From: a virus
Taxonomy: Duplodnaviria; Caudoviricetes
Reading direction: 5' to 3' (one strand)
DNA length: 60,796 nucleotides
IMG/VR virus record: IMGVR_UViG_3300030450_002344
Coordinates: 1-60,796 of that record
This document shows, piece by piece, positions 6,384 to 16,058 of the stretch. The position numbers were made by a program, and so were the translations under genes. The notes beneath the pieces were generated by a model. That model searched no databases, had not been told where the DNA came from, and worked only from the letters and a program-made list of their open reading frames with translations. Within the stretch, counting starts at the first letter, position 1. The number at the start of each line of letters is the position of its first letter.

Positions 6384-8729
6384 ATGATATTACTATTCGA
6401 CCTGCCAAGTCTACACAAGATGATGAGTCCTCCATTAGATACCAAGCTGGTAAATCTAATAGCACTGAGGATGTCATACAAACTAAAGATGGTGCACTAC
6501 CCTGATACTATTGTAGTGTTTAATACTGAGGATAATCGTGGTGCTTTCTTTCAAGACTGCCACTACACCACCAATGTATTAAACAGTATTAAACGTGCGG
6601 GGATATCATTCGATGATGCAGTTATTATGTCAGCTAATCCTGAAGTGCTGGCTTTGAATAACTATGGTGCCACTAGCTATAGACCATCTGAGAACTGGCT
6701 AGACCCACAAGAAGTTACTGCCAACAGAGTTAAGCTTGACCTAGGGTATGACCCTAGAGATGTTAGCTTCTTTGCCAAGCAGAAGATTGTGGAGCCTAGC
6801 AAGGCAGCTAAGATGAAGGCAGGTCAGACAAGAAAGAAGCGATGGGATTGGGCTGAGAATCCTATGGAAGGAGAGATCAAGTTGAAATCTATCGCAGATA
6901 ATATACATGTCAAGGTGGGTAGGGAATCATTCTCTAATTATGAGGTGATACAAGACCTCCCTGACTTCTTGACAAAACTATCTAAAGTTGATATAGTAGG
7001 GTGGGATACGGAAACTAATGGACTTAGTTGGCAGAACAACCATATCGTAGGAGAATCATTTAGCTTCGACGGTAAGCATGGGTACTACCTGCCAGTATCT
7101 CACAATACAGAAGGTGAATATAAGAATGTACCATGGGGTGAGGTGAAGGATAAGCTTCATCCTATGTTGGCTAAGAAAACCTTAGTCGGTGCCAACCTCT
7201 CTTTTGATGTGCTGATGGCAGCTGAACATGGACTAGGGTTCCCTACTAATCTATTAGATGTGCAAGGGTTTGCCTATATGTTAGGTATGCATGTACCACA
7301 ACCTAACAAACTAGGGCTGAAGGCATTGTCGGCTGACATACTCGGTGATGTTATGGAAGAGTTTGGTGCAGTAACAAAGGGGGATACCTTTGATAACATT
7401 GACATTGCTCGTGGTGCTCCTTACGCTGCTGATGATGCCGTCAAGTCGTTTAGATTAGGACAAGTATTAGGTAAGCGATTAACTGAGGAGCAACACAAAA
7501 GATACACAGAGATAGAGATGCCATTCTTATCAGCATGTATACGCATGTCTTACAATGGTATGTTCTTAAATATGGAGAAGCTAAGTCCTCTGCTCCATGA
7601 GTTAGAGGGTCGTGCTGAACTATTAAACAGTAGGATACAGATGTACAATGGCGAAGAGATGAATGTCAATAGCCCGGTACAGCTAGGTAAGCTACTGTTC
7701 AAGAAGCTAGGGTTACCTACAACAGCACGTACTAAGACAGGGTACTCCACATCAAAGGCAGAGCTTGAACGTATCGAGAACACACATGAAGTGGTTGGTA
7801 TTATACTAGAGTATAGAGAGTTAGCAAAGTTAATTAACACCTATCTCAAGGGATACCCTGACCACATCGGTACGGACAATCGGATACATTCAAGGCTTAA
7901 TCCATTCAGAGTAATAACAGGTAGGCTGGCATCAACCGAGCCAAACCTAATGAACATACCGATAAGGACAGACAATGGCAAATCAATCAGAAGGTTATTT
8001 GAAGGTGAGGGGGAACACGTACTCTTGTCAGCTGATGCAGCACAACTTGAGTATAGGATTCTTGCACACTACTCTAAAAACCGGACCCTCGTTGACGCTT
8101 TCTCTGACGAGACAAGAGATGTCCACAAAGAAATGGCATCGCTTATCTTTGAAGTTCCTGTTAGTGAGATTACCGGAGACCAAAGAAGTGCAGCTAAAAA
8201 TATCGTATACGCCGTTATCTACGGGGCCTCTCCCATAAAGATATCGATGATGTTGAATAGACCAGTGGATTATGCAGCCAATGTACTTAACAAGATTGCA
8301 TCGAACATACCAGAGATTGAACGATTACGTACAGCAGTTATTACTGATGCTCGCAAGTATGGGTATGTTGAATCACTTGGAGGTCACAGGTCATACATAC
8401 ACGGCATCAATTCATACAATAGTTCTGAACGTGGCGCAGCAGAACGGTCAGCATTTGATTCCCTCTTCCAAGGAACAGCAAGTGGTGACATCACAAAGAT
8501 AGCAACCAACAAGATACAAGAATTACTTGACAAAATATATCCGGATAAGTTTAATCCCGGTATAAAGTTGGTGCAACAAATACACGATGAAGTATTACTG
8601 GAGGGAGATGAACAAGAACTTACAAGTATAGCACCGGAGGTACTGTTAGCATTTGAAGATGCAATGTCATTAGACGTACCGCTTGTTGCAGAGTACTCGA
8701 TAGGAAAAAACTGGGGCGATATACACTAG
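6384..8729 (+). CDS. polA: Family A DNA polymerase with 3'-5' exonuclease and extra N-terminal domain
   Basis: GAGGAGG SD before ATG 6384; ExoI WDTET, ExoIII YAADD, TGRLAS.EPNLMNIP, motif A DAAQLEYR, motif B KNIVYAVIYG, motif C IHDE. Confidence 0.96.
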   Translation: MILLFDLPSLHKMMSPPLDTKLVNLIALRMSYKLKMVHYPDTIVVFNTEDNRGAFFQDCHYTTNVLNSIKRAGISFDDAVIMSANPEVLALNNYGATSYRPSENWLDPQEVTANRVKLDLGYDPRDVSFFAKQKIVEPSKAAKMKAGQTRKKRWDWAENPMEGEIKLKSIADNIHVKVGRESFSNYEVIQDLPDFLTKLSKVDIVGWDTETNGLSWQNNHIVGESFSFDGKHGYYLPVSHNTEGEYKNVPWGEVKDKLHPMLAKKTLVGANLSFDVLMAAEHGLGFPTNLLDVQGFAYMLGMHVPQPNKLGLKALSADILGDVMEEFGAVTKGDTFDNIDIARGAPYAADDAVKSFRLGQVLGKRLTEEQHKRYTEIEMPFLSACIRMSYNGMFLNMEKLSPLLHELEGRAELLNSRIQMYNGEEMNVNSPVQLGKLLFKKLGLPTTARTKTGYSTSKAELERIENTHEVVGIILEYRELAKLINTYLKGYPDHIGTDNRIHSRLNPFRVITGRLASTEPNLMNIPIRTDNGKSIRRLFEGEGEHVLLSADAAQLEYRILAHYSKNRTLVDAFSDETRDVHKEMASLIFEVPVSEITGDQRSAAKNIVYAVIYGASPIKISMMLNRPVDYAANVLNKIASNIPEIERLRTAVITDARKYGYVESLGGHRSYIHGINSYNSSERGAAERSAFDSLFQGTASGDITKIATNKIQELLDKIYPDKFNPGIKLVQQIHDEVLLEGDEQELTSIAPEVLLAFEDAMSLDVPLVAEYSIGKNWGDIH

Positions 8730-8741
8730 AAAGGAATTAGT

Positions 8742-9734
8742 ATGGCTCACTTAGTAGAAGAAGGTTCTGCGGTATACGCAGAGAAACCAGCGTGGCATGG
8801 AGTAGGTATAACAGTACCTGAGAACTTCACCACTGAACAGGCATTGAAGTTAGGGAACTTTGATTATAAAGTATCTAAGTCTCCTCTCTTTATTAAAGAT
8901 GGATGGCGTGATGTACCTGTACCAAATCAGGTAGCAGTTGTACGAGAAGATACACAACAGATTCTCGGTATCACATCTGATAAGTATGAACCGTTTCAAA
9001 ACATAGAGGCAATCAACTGGGCAGATAGTCTGCTACAAGATGGTATTGCTCGTTGGGAATCAATGATGGTTCTTGATGGTGGTAAGAAGTTTGCCGGGCT
9101 TATGAAGCTTGAGGAAGATATGCGAGTTGGTGATGAAGATTACTGGCAGTACTTCCTTATCTCAACGGGACATGATGGTAAGTATGCTATCCACCTGCTC
9201 CCAACAAATGTTCGGGTAGTGTGCTATAATACACTTACCGCTGCAACACAGAGCAGATACTGGACACAGAGTAAAGCATCCTTTAAGGTACGCCACAATA
9301 CTAACATGCGTACCAACCTTGAAATTGCACGGGAATCAGTACTAATAACTACTGCGGCAAACAGACGTATGAAAGAGTGGCTAGAGAAAGCTATGCTCGT
9401 TAACTTAGCAGCCTCTAGAGAGAAGGATATTCTCAACCACTTATTCGGTGACCCTACAGGGGATGACATGACTAGCTGGCAAAAGAATCAGCGTAACATC
9501 TTTGTTACTCAGTTCCTTGATGAGGAATATGATCGTAACGGAGAGACCGCATACTCATTCTTACAGGCTGCTTCAGGTTATGCTGACCACGGTATCCCGT
9601 TTAACAAGCGTGAGTCTGCTACCGTTAGAACACAGAGTGAACGTAGGTTTGCATCTGCTATGGTAGGTGGTCGTGGGGAACAGATAAAGAAAAAGACATT
9701 CGCAGCACTAGACGCATTAGGAGTTGGTAGTTGA
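8742..9734 (+). CDS. DUF932 family phage/plasmid protein
   Basis: PAWHGVG, GHDG, VRVVCYNTL motifs. Confidence 0.88.
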   Translation: MAHLVEEGSAVYAEKPAWHGVGITVPENFTTEQALKLGNFDYKVSKSPLFIKDGWRDVPVPNQVAVVREDTQQILGITSDKYEPFQNIEAINWADSLLQDGIARWESMMVLDGGKKFAGLMKLEEDMRVGDEDYWQYFLISTGHDGKYAIHLLPTNVRVVCYNTLTAATQSRYWTQSKASFKVRHNTNMRTNLEIARESVLITTAANRRMKEWLEKAMLVNLAASREKDILNHLFGDPTGDDMTSWQKNQRNIFVTQFLDEEYDRNGETAYSFLQAASGYADHGIPFNKRESATVRTQSERRFASAMVGGRGEQIKKKTFAALDALGVGS

Positions 9735-10075
9735 GCATACTAGATGAGATTGAAGAGATAGCAAAGAAAGAGTTTGATTCATGGACACAAGACATGTATA
9801 TGAATGCTGTTCTAAGGTTAATAACTCTTGAGCTATTTATTAGAATGCAGCAAACAGAAGATGGAACACTCCGTCATATCTGGTTGACTAGTTCCAATCA
9901 TCCTCTATTACTTAACATCTTTAATCAGACAGAACACGTACCGTTTTCAGATGAACTGCTTGACGCAATAACAAAGGCGTACTCTAAGCTTTTAGGTTTA
10001 GATGACATGGAAGTTGCAGCATTAATACAATCAATAATAACACCTGAAGATATGGAAGGAGACTTGGAATATTAG
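9731..10075 (+). CDS. Hypothetical protein
   Basis: AGGAG SD, TTGA overlap. Confidence 0.65.
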   Translation: MSILDEIEEIAKKEFDSWTQDMYMNAVLRLITLELFIRMQQTEDGTLRHIWLTSSNHPLLLNIFNQTEHVPFSDELLDAITKAYSKLLGLDDMEVAALIQSIITPEDMEGDLEY

Positions 10076-11649
10076 TAGCATCAACCCCAAGAGAATACGG
10101 GTTAGATGAGAATGAATGGTATCCTAATCAGCAAGACTTAGCTCAAAAGATTTTGGACTGGTATGAAACTGATAAACGATTCCTTGTTCTCGTCGCCCCA
10201 ACAGGTACTGGCAAATCTCTATTGTCAGTGGTAGCACAACGAGCGTTAGAGAAACGTACTCATGTTGTGGTATCTACACTTAGGTTGCAGGATCAACTAC
10301 GTTCCTCCTTTTCCTTTGCACCTGTGCTAAAAGGTAGAGATAATTATGAGTGTCTTATTGCAGATGTGGCTGTAACACAAGCACCCTGTCAAGTAGGGTT
10401 TCAATGTGCAGTCAAATCATCATGTGATTACTTCATAGATAGGGAGAGTGCATACGTTTCAGACTTTGCAATCTTTAATTACCCTCTGTATATGTACACG
10501 TCAGAGTTCTCAACAACATTCAAACAGCCTGAACTGCTGTTTTGTGATGAGGCACACTTAGCTAACTTAGAGTTAGAGAAGCATGTGTCTGCTGAGATAT
10601 CTGACCGGGATATAGGCTCAATGTCATGGCGTAGACCACGTAATCTTACGGTGGAAGGTATGTCAGACTGGGCTGCAGAAAATATGCCAGAGATAGAAGA
10701 AGAGCTACAACGTGCTCGATTATGGATTTATGGTATAACTGGTGGGGCTGCTGGAGATAGAATCAAAGGTAGTACAACCGATTATAAACGAGCCATGTCG
10801 AGATACGGTAAGTATCAGAGGCTTGCTCGTAACCTGACCTTGATGATACGAGCCGGTGTAGATTTAGAAAATGGCAAGCCGTGGGTATTTGATAAGATTG
10901 GTTCTGTGTATAAGTTGCGGCCTGTATTCGTAAGGGACTACACAAACTATCTCTTCGGAGATGTACCCAAGGTAGTACTAATGACCGCTACTATGAATCA
11001 CGATGATATTGATAGACTCGGTATAGAGGACTATGATATAATAGAGACAGAGAGTGTCTATGAAGTGAGACGTAGACCTGTTTATTACAGGCCAGTGGGC
11101 AGAATGTCTACTAAGTCTGAGTCTGGTTTAATGCCAGCCATGATAGATGAAATTGATACTATCATTGGTGCGCACATGGCTAGACAACACAAAGGAATTA
11201 TTCACACTGTAAGTTATGCTCGAGCCGAGTTGATTAGAAACAATTCTAAATACAGACGACTCATGATGACACATAGTGCGAGTAATAAAAATGAAATTAT
11301 TCGGGAATTCAAAGAATCGGAGGAGGCTAGTATACTTTTATCGCCCTCTATCTTAGAAGGCGAAGACTTCCCGCATGATGAATGTCGTTACGTCATTATG
11401 CCCAAGGTACCTTACCTGTCTCTTGGGGATAAAGTAGTACGAGAACGGCTCTCTGAAGACCCTGATTGGTACACATGGAAAGCAATTTCAGATATCATTC
11501 AAGGCTCAGGAAGAGGTATGAGGAATGAGAAAGACTTTTGTTCTATCTATATCCTTGACGCAATGTTTGAGGACATAGCTAGGAAACATAAGGCTGACAT
11601 TCCGCAGTGGTTTCTTGAAGCCATCAAGTACCTAGAAATAGATTTGTAA
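10069..11649 (+). CDS. DinG/XPD-like SF2 helicase (probable ATA start)
   Basis: Q-motif WYPNQ, APTGTGKS, Fe-S Cys cluster, DEAH, EGEDFP, QGSGRGMR. Confidence 0.88.
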   Translation: MLVASTPREYGLDENEWYPNQQDLAQKILDWYETDKRFLVLVAPTGTGKSLLSVVAQRALEKRTHVVVSTLRLQDQLRSSFSFAPVLKGRDNYECLIADVAVTQAPCQVGFQCAVKSSCDYFIDRESAYVSDFAIFNYPLYMYTSEFSTTFKQPELLFCDEAHLANLELEKHVSAEISDRDIGSMSWRRPRNLTVEGMSDWAAENMPEIEEELQRARLWIYGITGGAAGDRIKGSTTDYKRAMSRYGKYQRLARNLTLMIRAGVDLENGKPWVFDKIGSVYKLRPVFVRDYTNYLFGDVPKVVLMTATMNHDDIDRLGIEDYDIIETESVYEVRRRPVYYRPVGRMSTKSESGLMPAMIDEIDTIIGAHMARQHKGIIHTVSYARAELIRNNSKYRRLMMTHSASNKNEIIREFKESEEASILLSPSILEGEDFPHDECRYVIMPKVPYLSLGDKVVRERLSEDPDWYTWKAISDIIQGSGRGMRNEKDFCSIYILDAMFEDIARKHKADIPQWFLEAIKYLEIDL

Positions 11650-11670
11650 ATAGATAAGGAAATATATATA

Positions 11671-12219
11671 ATGGCTACAGAAGAAATTGAGGTGTTGGAA
11701 TTGGGTGAAGATCTTCTTGACGCAAACAACGTCTCTGACCGAACGGTCATCTTAGCAGAAATTGCAGGGGAACCTGTGTTTCAAAAGCGAACGATCACTT
11801 ACAACGACAAGGAAACTGGTGAAGAGCGTTCATTCCCTAAAGTGGAATTGAAATGGTCTTACCGCCAGATACACCCTGAAGTTTCGAGTCCTGATCGTGA
11901 CATATACATCAACATTAGTCGAGCGCAAGCTGAAGCGTTGGAAGCAGGTAAGTCTCCATCCATGCATGCCAAGACTGATCTTGGTAGGATAACCAGACAG
12001 TGTTCAGACGCTGGATTGCCGAACCCCGGTAGTTCTGACCTAGTTGGTAAAGTCCTAGTACTTGCATCGTACACTGAGGAATTCCGTGGTCGTACTGAGC
12101 GCAAGTATGATGTGCTAGCAACTGTTGGAAGTGCAGAAGACTTTGACCTTGAGCGTGGCATTGCCATTGTTCAAGACGAAGCTCTTGCATCAAAGCAGCA
12201 AGTATCAGCTAGCTACTAG
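11671..12219 (+). CDS. Putative ssDNA-binding/replication protein
   Basis: Acidic, beta-rich, located in replication module; function inferred from context. Confidence 0.45.
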   Translation: MATEEIEVLELGEDLLDANNVSDRTVILAEIAGEPVFQKRTITYNDKETGEERSFPKVELKWSYRQIHPEVSSPDRDIYINISRAQAEALEAGKSPSMHAKTDLGRITRQCSDAGLPNPGSSDLVGKVLVLASYTEEFRGRTERKYDVLATVGSAEDFDLERGIAIVQDEALASKQQVSASY

Positions 12220-12243
12220 CGAATAACTCCTCCGATTAGGGGG

Positions 12244-12272
12244 TTGCCAAATGTCTGCAGATATGTTATAAT
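12244..12272 (+). promoter_or_regulatory. Sigma70-type promoter
   Basis: TTGCCA-17 nt-TATAAT with TG extended -10. Confidence 0.75.
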
Positions 12273-12284
12273 TATGTGTAGACA

Positions 12285-12448
12285 TATTGGTGACCTCTTT
12301 GGAAGTTATCAAGGATTATTGAGTCTCATACTTACATGATTCCCCAATCATATGAGACAACATTTAAGGTGACGCGAAGGGGGAACTCGCTGAATAAGTC
12401 CTTACGTGCCTAGCACATTCTTGATAGTTTCCAAAGAAGTCATCAATA
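12285..12448 (+). ncRNA. Structured RNA / 5' leader with ~31-bp closing stem and three inner hairpins
   Basis: 12285-12315 pairs with 12418-12448 (G-U rich); inner CCCC and GGGGG loops are complementary. Confidence 0.7.
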
Positions 12449-12457
12449 GGATCAAAT

Positions 12458-13255
12458 ATGAAAACATTATCATACAGTGGCTTATCACTCTTCTCAGAAT
12501 GTCCAGAACGATTTCGACGAGAGAAGATGTCGGATTTGGAACTGGACTACCAAGTCACACAGAATACTGTGCGTGGAACAATCATCCACAAGTTCATGGA
12601 AGACGTTATCAATATATACATCAAGTCTGGAAACTGGCTTGATCAAGATATTGCTATTGAACATATGGAAACAATCTGGAACGAAGGCTTTGATAACGAT
12701 AACGGTGTTAACGTATTAGACACCTGTCCGTGGAACAGTGATTTTCTAGAGAAGTCCATAGAAGATTCAAAGCTACTCGTACCCCAGATGTACGATGAGA
12801 TATTCCCCTACCTAAGTAACCCTATAGCAACTGAACAACATCTTGAGATGAACATCAACAAGAAGTGGAAGCTTCATGGGTACCTTGATTATATGGGGGA
12901 ACCCGCTACAATAATAGACTGGAAGACTAAGACAAGCCCAATGAATGAACGGTGGCTTGACCAAGACTTACAGGCTACAGTATATGCTGCGCTTAGTGCA
13001 TGGGAGAAAGTGTCCGTTCACTTTGTACAGTTTATATTCTTAAAAACAAAAGGCCCACGTATTGTGTGGTCAACAACGAATAGAGATAGGAGGCATACTG
13101 ATTGGTTATTAAATGACATGATACCACAAGTCATTCGGTCACTAGATGAGAAGATTACTCCTCCTACTCCCGGATGGTGGTGTGGCAACTGTCCATTACC
13201 GTGTGATGCATTACCAAATGTGTCAGTGAATGTAGAAAGTTTAACGTATGTATAA
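12458..13255 (+). CDS. Cas4/RecB-like PD-(D/E)XK exonuclease
   Basis: LSYS...ECP, G..IH, GYLD, IIDWKT, Q..VY, C-terminal CGNCPLPC. Confidence 0.88.
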   Translation: MKTLSYSGLSLFSECPERFRREKMSDLELDYQVTQNTVRGTIIHKFMEDVINIYIKSGNWLDQDIAIEHMETIWNEGFDNDNGVNVLDTCPWNSDFLEKSIEDSKLLVPQMYDEIFPYLSNPIATEQHLEMNINKKWKLHGYLDYMGEPATIIDWKTKTSPMNERWLDQDLQATVYAALSAWEKVSVHFVQFIFLKTKGPRIVWSTTNRDRRHTDWLLNDMIPQVIRSLDEKITPPTPGWWCGNCPLPCDALPNVSVNVESLTYV

Positions 13256-14036
13256 AGAAACAATATTAATAGTAGGTCCAGATAGTTCCGGCAAGTCATC
13301 ATCACTGTTGGATATTGCAGACAAGCATCCAGATTCTAAGATCTTTATGATAGATCTAGAAAACAAACTAGGCAAGTTACTTGATGGTTTGTACCCTGAC
13401 CTTGAGATTGAGGTCGAACCGTGCTTGAACTGGGATCAGTTAGCTGATGCTTTCAACAAAGCAAAGCAGACACTAAAGGCTGGTGACTGGCTCATGATAG
13501 ATGGGTTGGATAAAGCATGGGACCTAGTACAAGCAGATTATGAAATGAAAGTCAACGGTATCACACTCTCTAATAGAGTGGAGGAACTACGACTAGGTAC
13601 GTCAGCTCCGGGTATTGACAAGTGGGGTTGGTGTAAAACAAAGCACAACAAAGATTTCTTAGATGTAGCTACGGGCCGTGCACCGTTTCATGTAGCTGCT
13701 ACAGCATGGGCACATCCAGTAGATATAGAGGGTGTAGGTGCTGACAAAGATATAACAGTACGTGAGACCACAGCTATGTGGAAGCAAGCAGGGTTTAAAC
13801 CCGGCGGAGAGAAACGTAATACTCAACGCTTCGATACTGTGTTCGCACTGAATCTAAAGATGGCTCCGGTTAGTTACCAGATAGCCACAATGAAAGACAA
13901 GGTACGTCCGTACCTAGGCAACAACAAGTCTAGTCTTTGGTCTACGTTCGACATTGAACAAGGACTATGGGATACTTATGTACAGGCTTGTGAAGATGTA
14001 AAGGCAAGTGGAGGGCGAGTTATACTACCCGCATAA
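13248..14036 (+). CDS. AAA/RecA-fold ATPase (Sak4-like)
   Basis: Walker A GPDSSGKSS, IDLE, Walker B LMIDG. Confidence 0.75.
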   Translation: MYKETILIVGPDSSGKSSSLLDIADKHPDSKIFMIDLENKLGKLLDGLYPDLEIEVEPCLNWDQLADAFNKAKQTLKAGDWLMIDGLDKAWDLVQADYEMKVNGITLSNRVEELRLGTSAPGIDKWGWCKTKHNKDFLDVATGRAPFHVAATAWAHPVDIEGVGADKDITVRETTAMWKQAGFKPGGEKRNTQRFDTVFALNLKMAPVSYQIATMKDKVRPYLGNNKSSLWSTFDIEQGLWDTYVQACEDVKASGGRVILPA

Positions 14037-14039
14037 GTA

Positions 14040-14741
14040 ATGCTTACAATCGACTCAAGAGAGCAGGGGTCTATAGACATTGTTCGAGAAGCTTTCAAGG
14101 CTTCTAAGATCCCTGTCTCTGTCGAGAAGCTTGAGTATGGTGACTATCGTATGGACATCACTCAAGACAACGGTAATAAGCGTACTATCCTTGTCGAAAG
14201 AAAAACTCCTACAGACTTCATCTCGTCAACAAATCCCACTATGAGAGATCCCGGTAGTAAGATAGCTAGACAACTAAATGGTTGTCTTCAGTCTGATGCG
14301 GATGTCGTAGTGTTGTTGGTGGATGGTTACTATCAGTGGATGAAGGGCGGTAAGATTAAGACTAAGAAGATTAATCTACAGCACTCACCAGATGCATTTG
14401 TATCTAAGCTACGCACGATACAGTCCCATGCAGTACGAGTGGAGTACAATCCTAGTGATTGGTACCTGCCCTTTCATCTGCTTAGTCTGTACAAGTATGA
14501 AACTAGAAGTGAGCACAGCACACTGGCGTTGTCTCCTAAACCGTTTGCCGTTCCCCCTAGGTCACAATCTAAGTGGACAGTTCTTATGGGTATGAGAGGA
14601 GTAGGGCCGAAGATGGCACAGTTGCTCCTAAGTGAATTTGGTAGTATAAAGAATCTTGCCAATGCAGAGAAGACAGAACTGACACAAGTTAAAGGCGTGG
14701 GAGAGAAAACAGCGGAAGAAATATTATGGTATCTCAATTAA
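14040..14741 (+). CDS. ERCC4/XPF-type nuclease with tandem HhH
   Basis: IDSREQ, GDY, VERKT..DF; GVGPK and GVGEK HhH motifs. Confidence 0.9.
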   Translation: MLTIDSREQGSIDIVREAFKASKIPVSVEKLEYGDYRMDITQDNGNKRTILVERKTPTDFISSTNPTMRDPGSKIARQLNGCLQSDADVVVLLVDGYYQWMKGGKIKTKKINLQHSPDAFVSKLRTIQSHAVRVEYNPSDWYLPFHLLSLYKYETRSEHSTLALSPKPFAVPPRSQSKWTVLMGMRGVGPKMAQLLLSEFGSIKNLANAEKTELTQVKGVGEKTAEEILWYLN

Positions 14742-15091
14742 TAGTAGAAGATGAGACAGGACAGAAGTGGGTGCTAGATCCAACTGATCCTGTATATGAA
14801 TTAGTAGAAGGATTGCCTGTGGCATTTATCAAAATACCTAGGGCATTGCTCGTAGAGTTACATGAAAGTCAAACAGAGAATACATCCATACTAGACCAGA
14901 AAGATGTACTAAACGATAGCAAAGTAGGAGAAGTGATTAAGACACAGGTGTACAATCACTTAACAAAGAATGTCAGAAACCCGAACAATCAAACCAGACG
15001 ATTACCTTCCGAGTTCCTCCTTCATGTGGAAGGACGGGACGAAGGATCAGTACACTCACCCACCTCTGATGGAGATATCACGTCCTCCTGA
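14726..15091 (+). CDS. Hypothetical protein
   Basis: ORF within the operon. Confidence 0.55.
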   Translation: MVSQLIVEDETGQKWVLDPTDPVYELVEGLPVAFIKIPRALLVELHESQTENTSILDQKDVLNDSKVGEVIKTQVYNHLTKNVRNPNNQTRRLPSEFLLHVEGRDEGSVHSPTSDGDITSS

Positions 15092-15545
15092 AGTAGAAAC
15101 CAAAGATGGCTTACATGATATAGTATTTGTTCTCTTTGGAGATATAGACTTCTCTATACAAATTATAAATATAGATGCATTCATGGGATTTTTGATACAT
15201 CATATATCCAAGATGCCTCTGTTCAGTGTCAACATAACTACTACATATGCTAGGTTATACAAGCACCAAGAAGATACAGGACATGATCATATATTAGCGT
15301 TTAGTCCTAATCAAGATTTAGGTAACTCGTATATAATGTACTCTTCTAATGATCTTGAAGAAGTAAAAGAAGAGTTTGAAAGAAACATACGCCTTATAGA
15401 GAAAGGATTACTTGAACGATTAATAGTAGAAGACAACCCAGTGTTTAAATTTGAGGAGAAGCCAAAATTCTTAATATCAAAGACTACGTTTTATGGAGAT
15501 CATCCAGAGGAACCAAGCCAAGACTTGATGGACCATCGGAGTTAG
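14970..15545 (+). CDS. Hypothetical protein
   Basis: 191-aa ORF; start uncertain because of the overlap. Confidence 0.55.
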   Translation: MSETRTIKPDDYLPSSSFMWKDGTKDQYTHPPLMEISRPPEVETKDGLHDIVFVLFGDIDFSIQIINIDAFMGFLIHHISKMPLFSVNITTTYARLYKHQEDTGHDHILAFSPNQDLGNSYIMYSSNDLEEVKEEFERNIRLIEKGLLERLIVEDNPVFKFEEKPKFLISKTTFYGDHPEEPSQDLMDHRS

Positions 15546-15961
15546 GTGTCACTAAAGCAGAATGGAAAGCGTTTATAGACTTATCTAATTTTATTGTAGA
15601 TAAGATGGGACTGGAACCGCAATGGGTAATCAATATAATATTACCTTCTAAACCAGAGAAAGATAAAAGAATAGATGCAACAACATCATGGATACCACAC
15701 TATAGAGAAGCAACAATAATAATTAAGCAAGACCTTGTAACAAACCTAGATAGATTTACCAAGACACTTATACACGAGCTAATACATGTACGAATGGCAG
15801 ATATACACGACTGGATTATAGAACAAACACCATCAGGTAGACGAGAAGATGCTGTGAATATTATTGAGCAGACCGTTAGTGAAGTATCAAACCTGTACAC
15901 TAATGAGTTCTTGAAGGTGTATGCTGATGAACTAGACAAGTTCGCAACACCTACGAAATAA
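15467..15961 (+). CDS. HEXXH zinc metallopeptidase-like protein (probable ATT start; first ATG at 15605)
   Basis: LIHELIH; frame open upstream to GAGGAG-8 nt-ATT. Confidence 0.65.
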   Translation: MLNIKDYVLWRSSRGTKPRLDGPSELGVTKAEWKAFIDLSNFIVDKMGLEPQWVINIILPSKPEKDKRIDATTSWIPHYREATIIIKQDLVTNLDRFTKTLIHELIHVRMADIHDWIIEQTPSGRREDAVNIIEQTVSEVSNLYTNEFLKVYADELDKFATPTK

Positions 15962-16058
15962 CTACGAAACATCCCCGAAACAATTATATGTTATAATTAG
16001 AATAATCAGTATTTCCCACTGAATTCTCATCCCATTTTTCTACGCCAAGGAGGGCGCA

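Noticed and set aside
6239-6505. 88-aa ORF overlapping the polA start
   Set aside because: Better explained by the 54-aa gene 6181-6345 plus polA starting at 6384
12285-12448. Retron msr-msd or DGR element
   Set aside because: No reverse transcriptase motifs seen in the genome and no TR/VR pair
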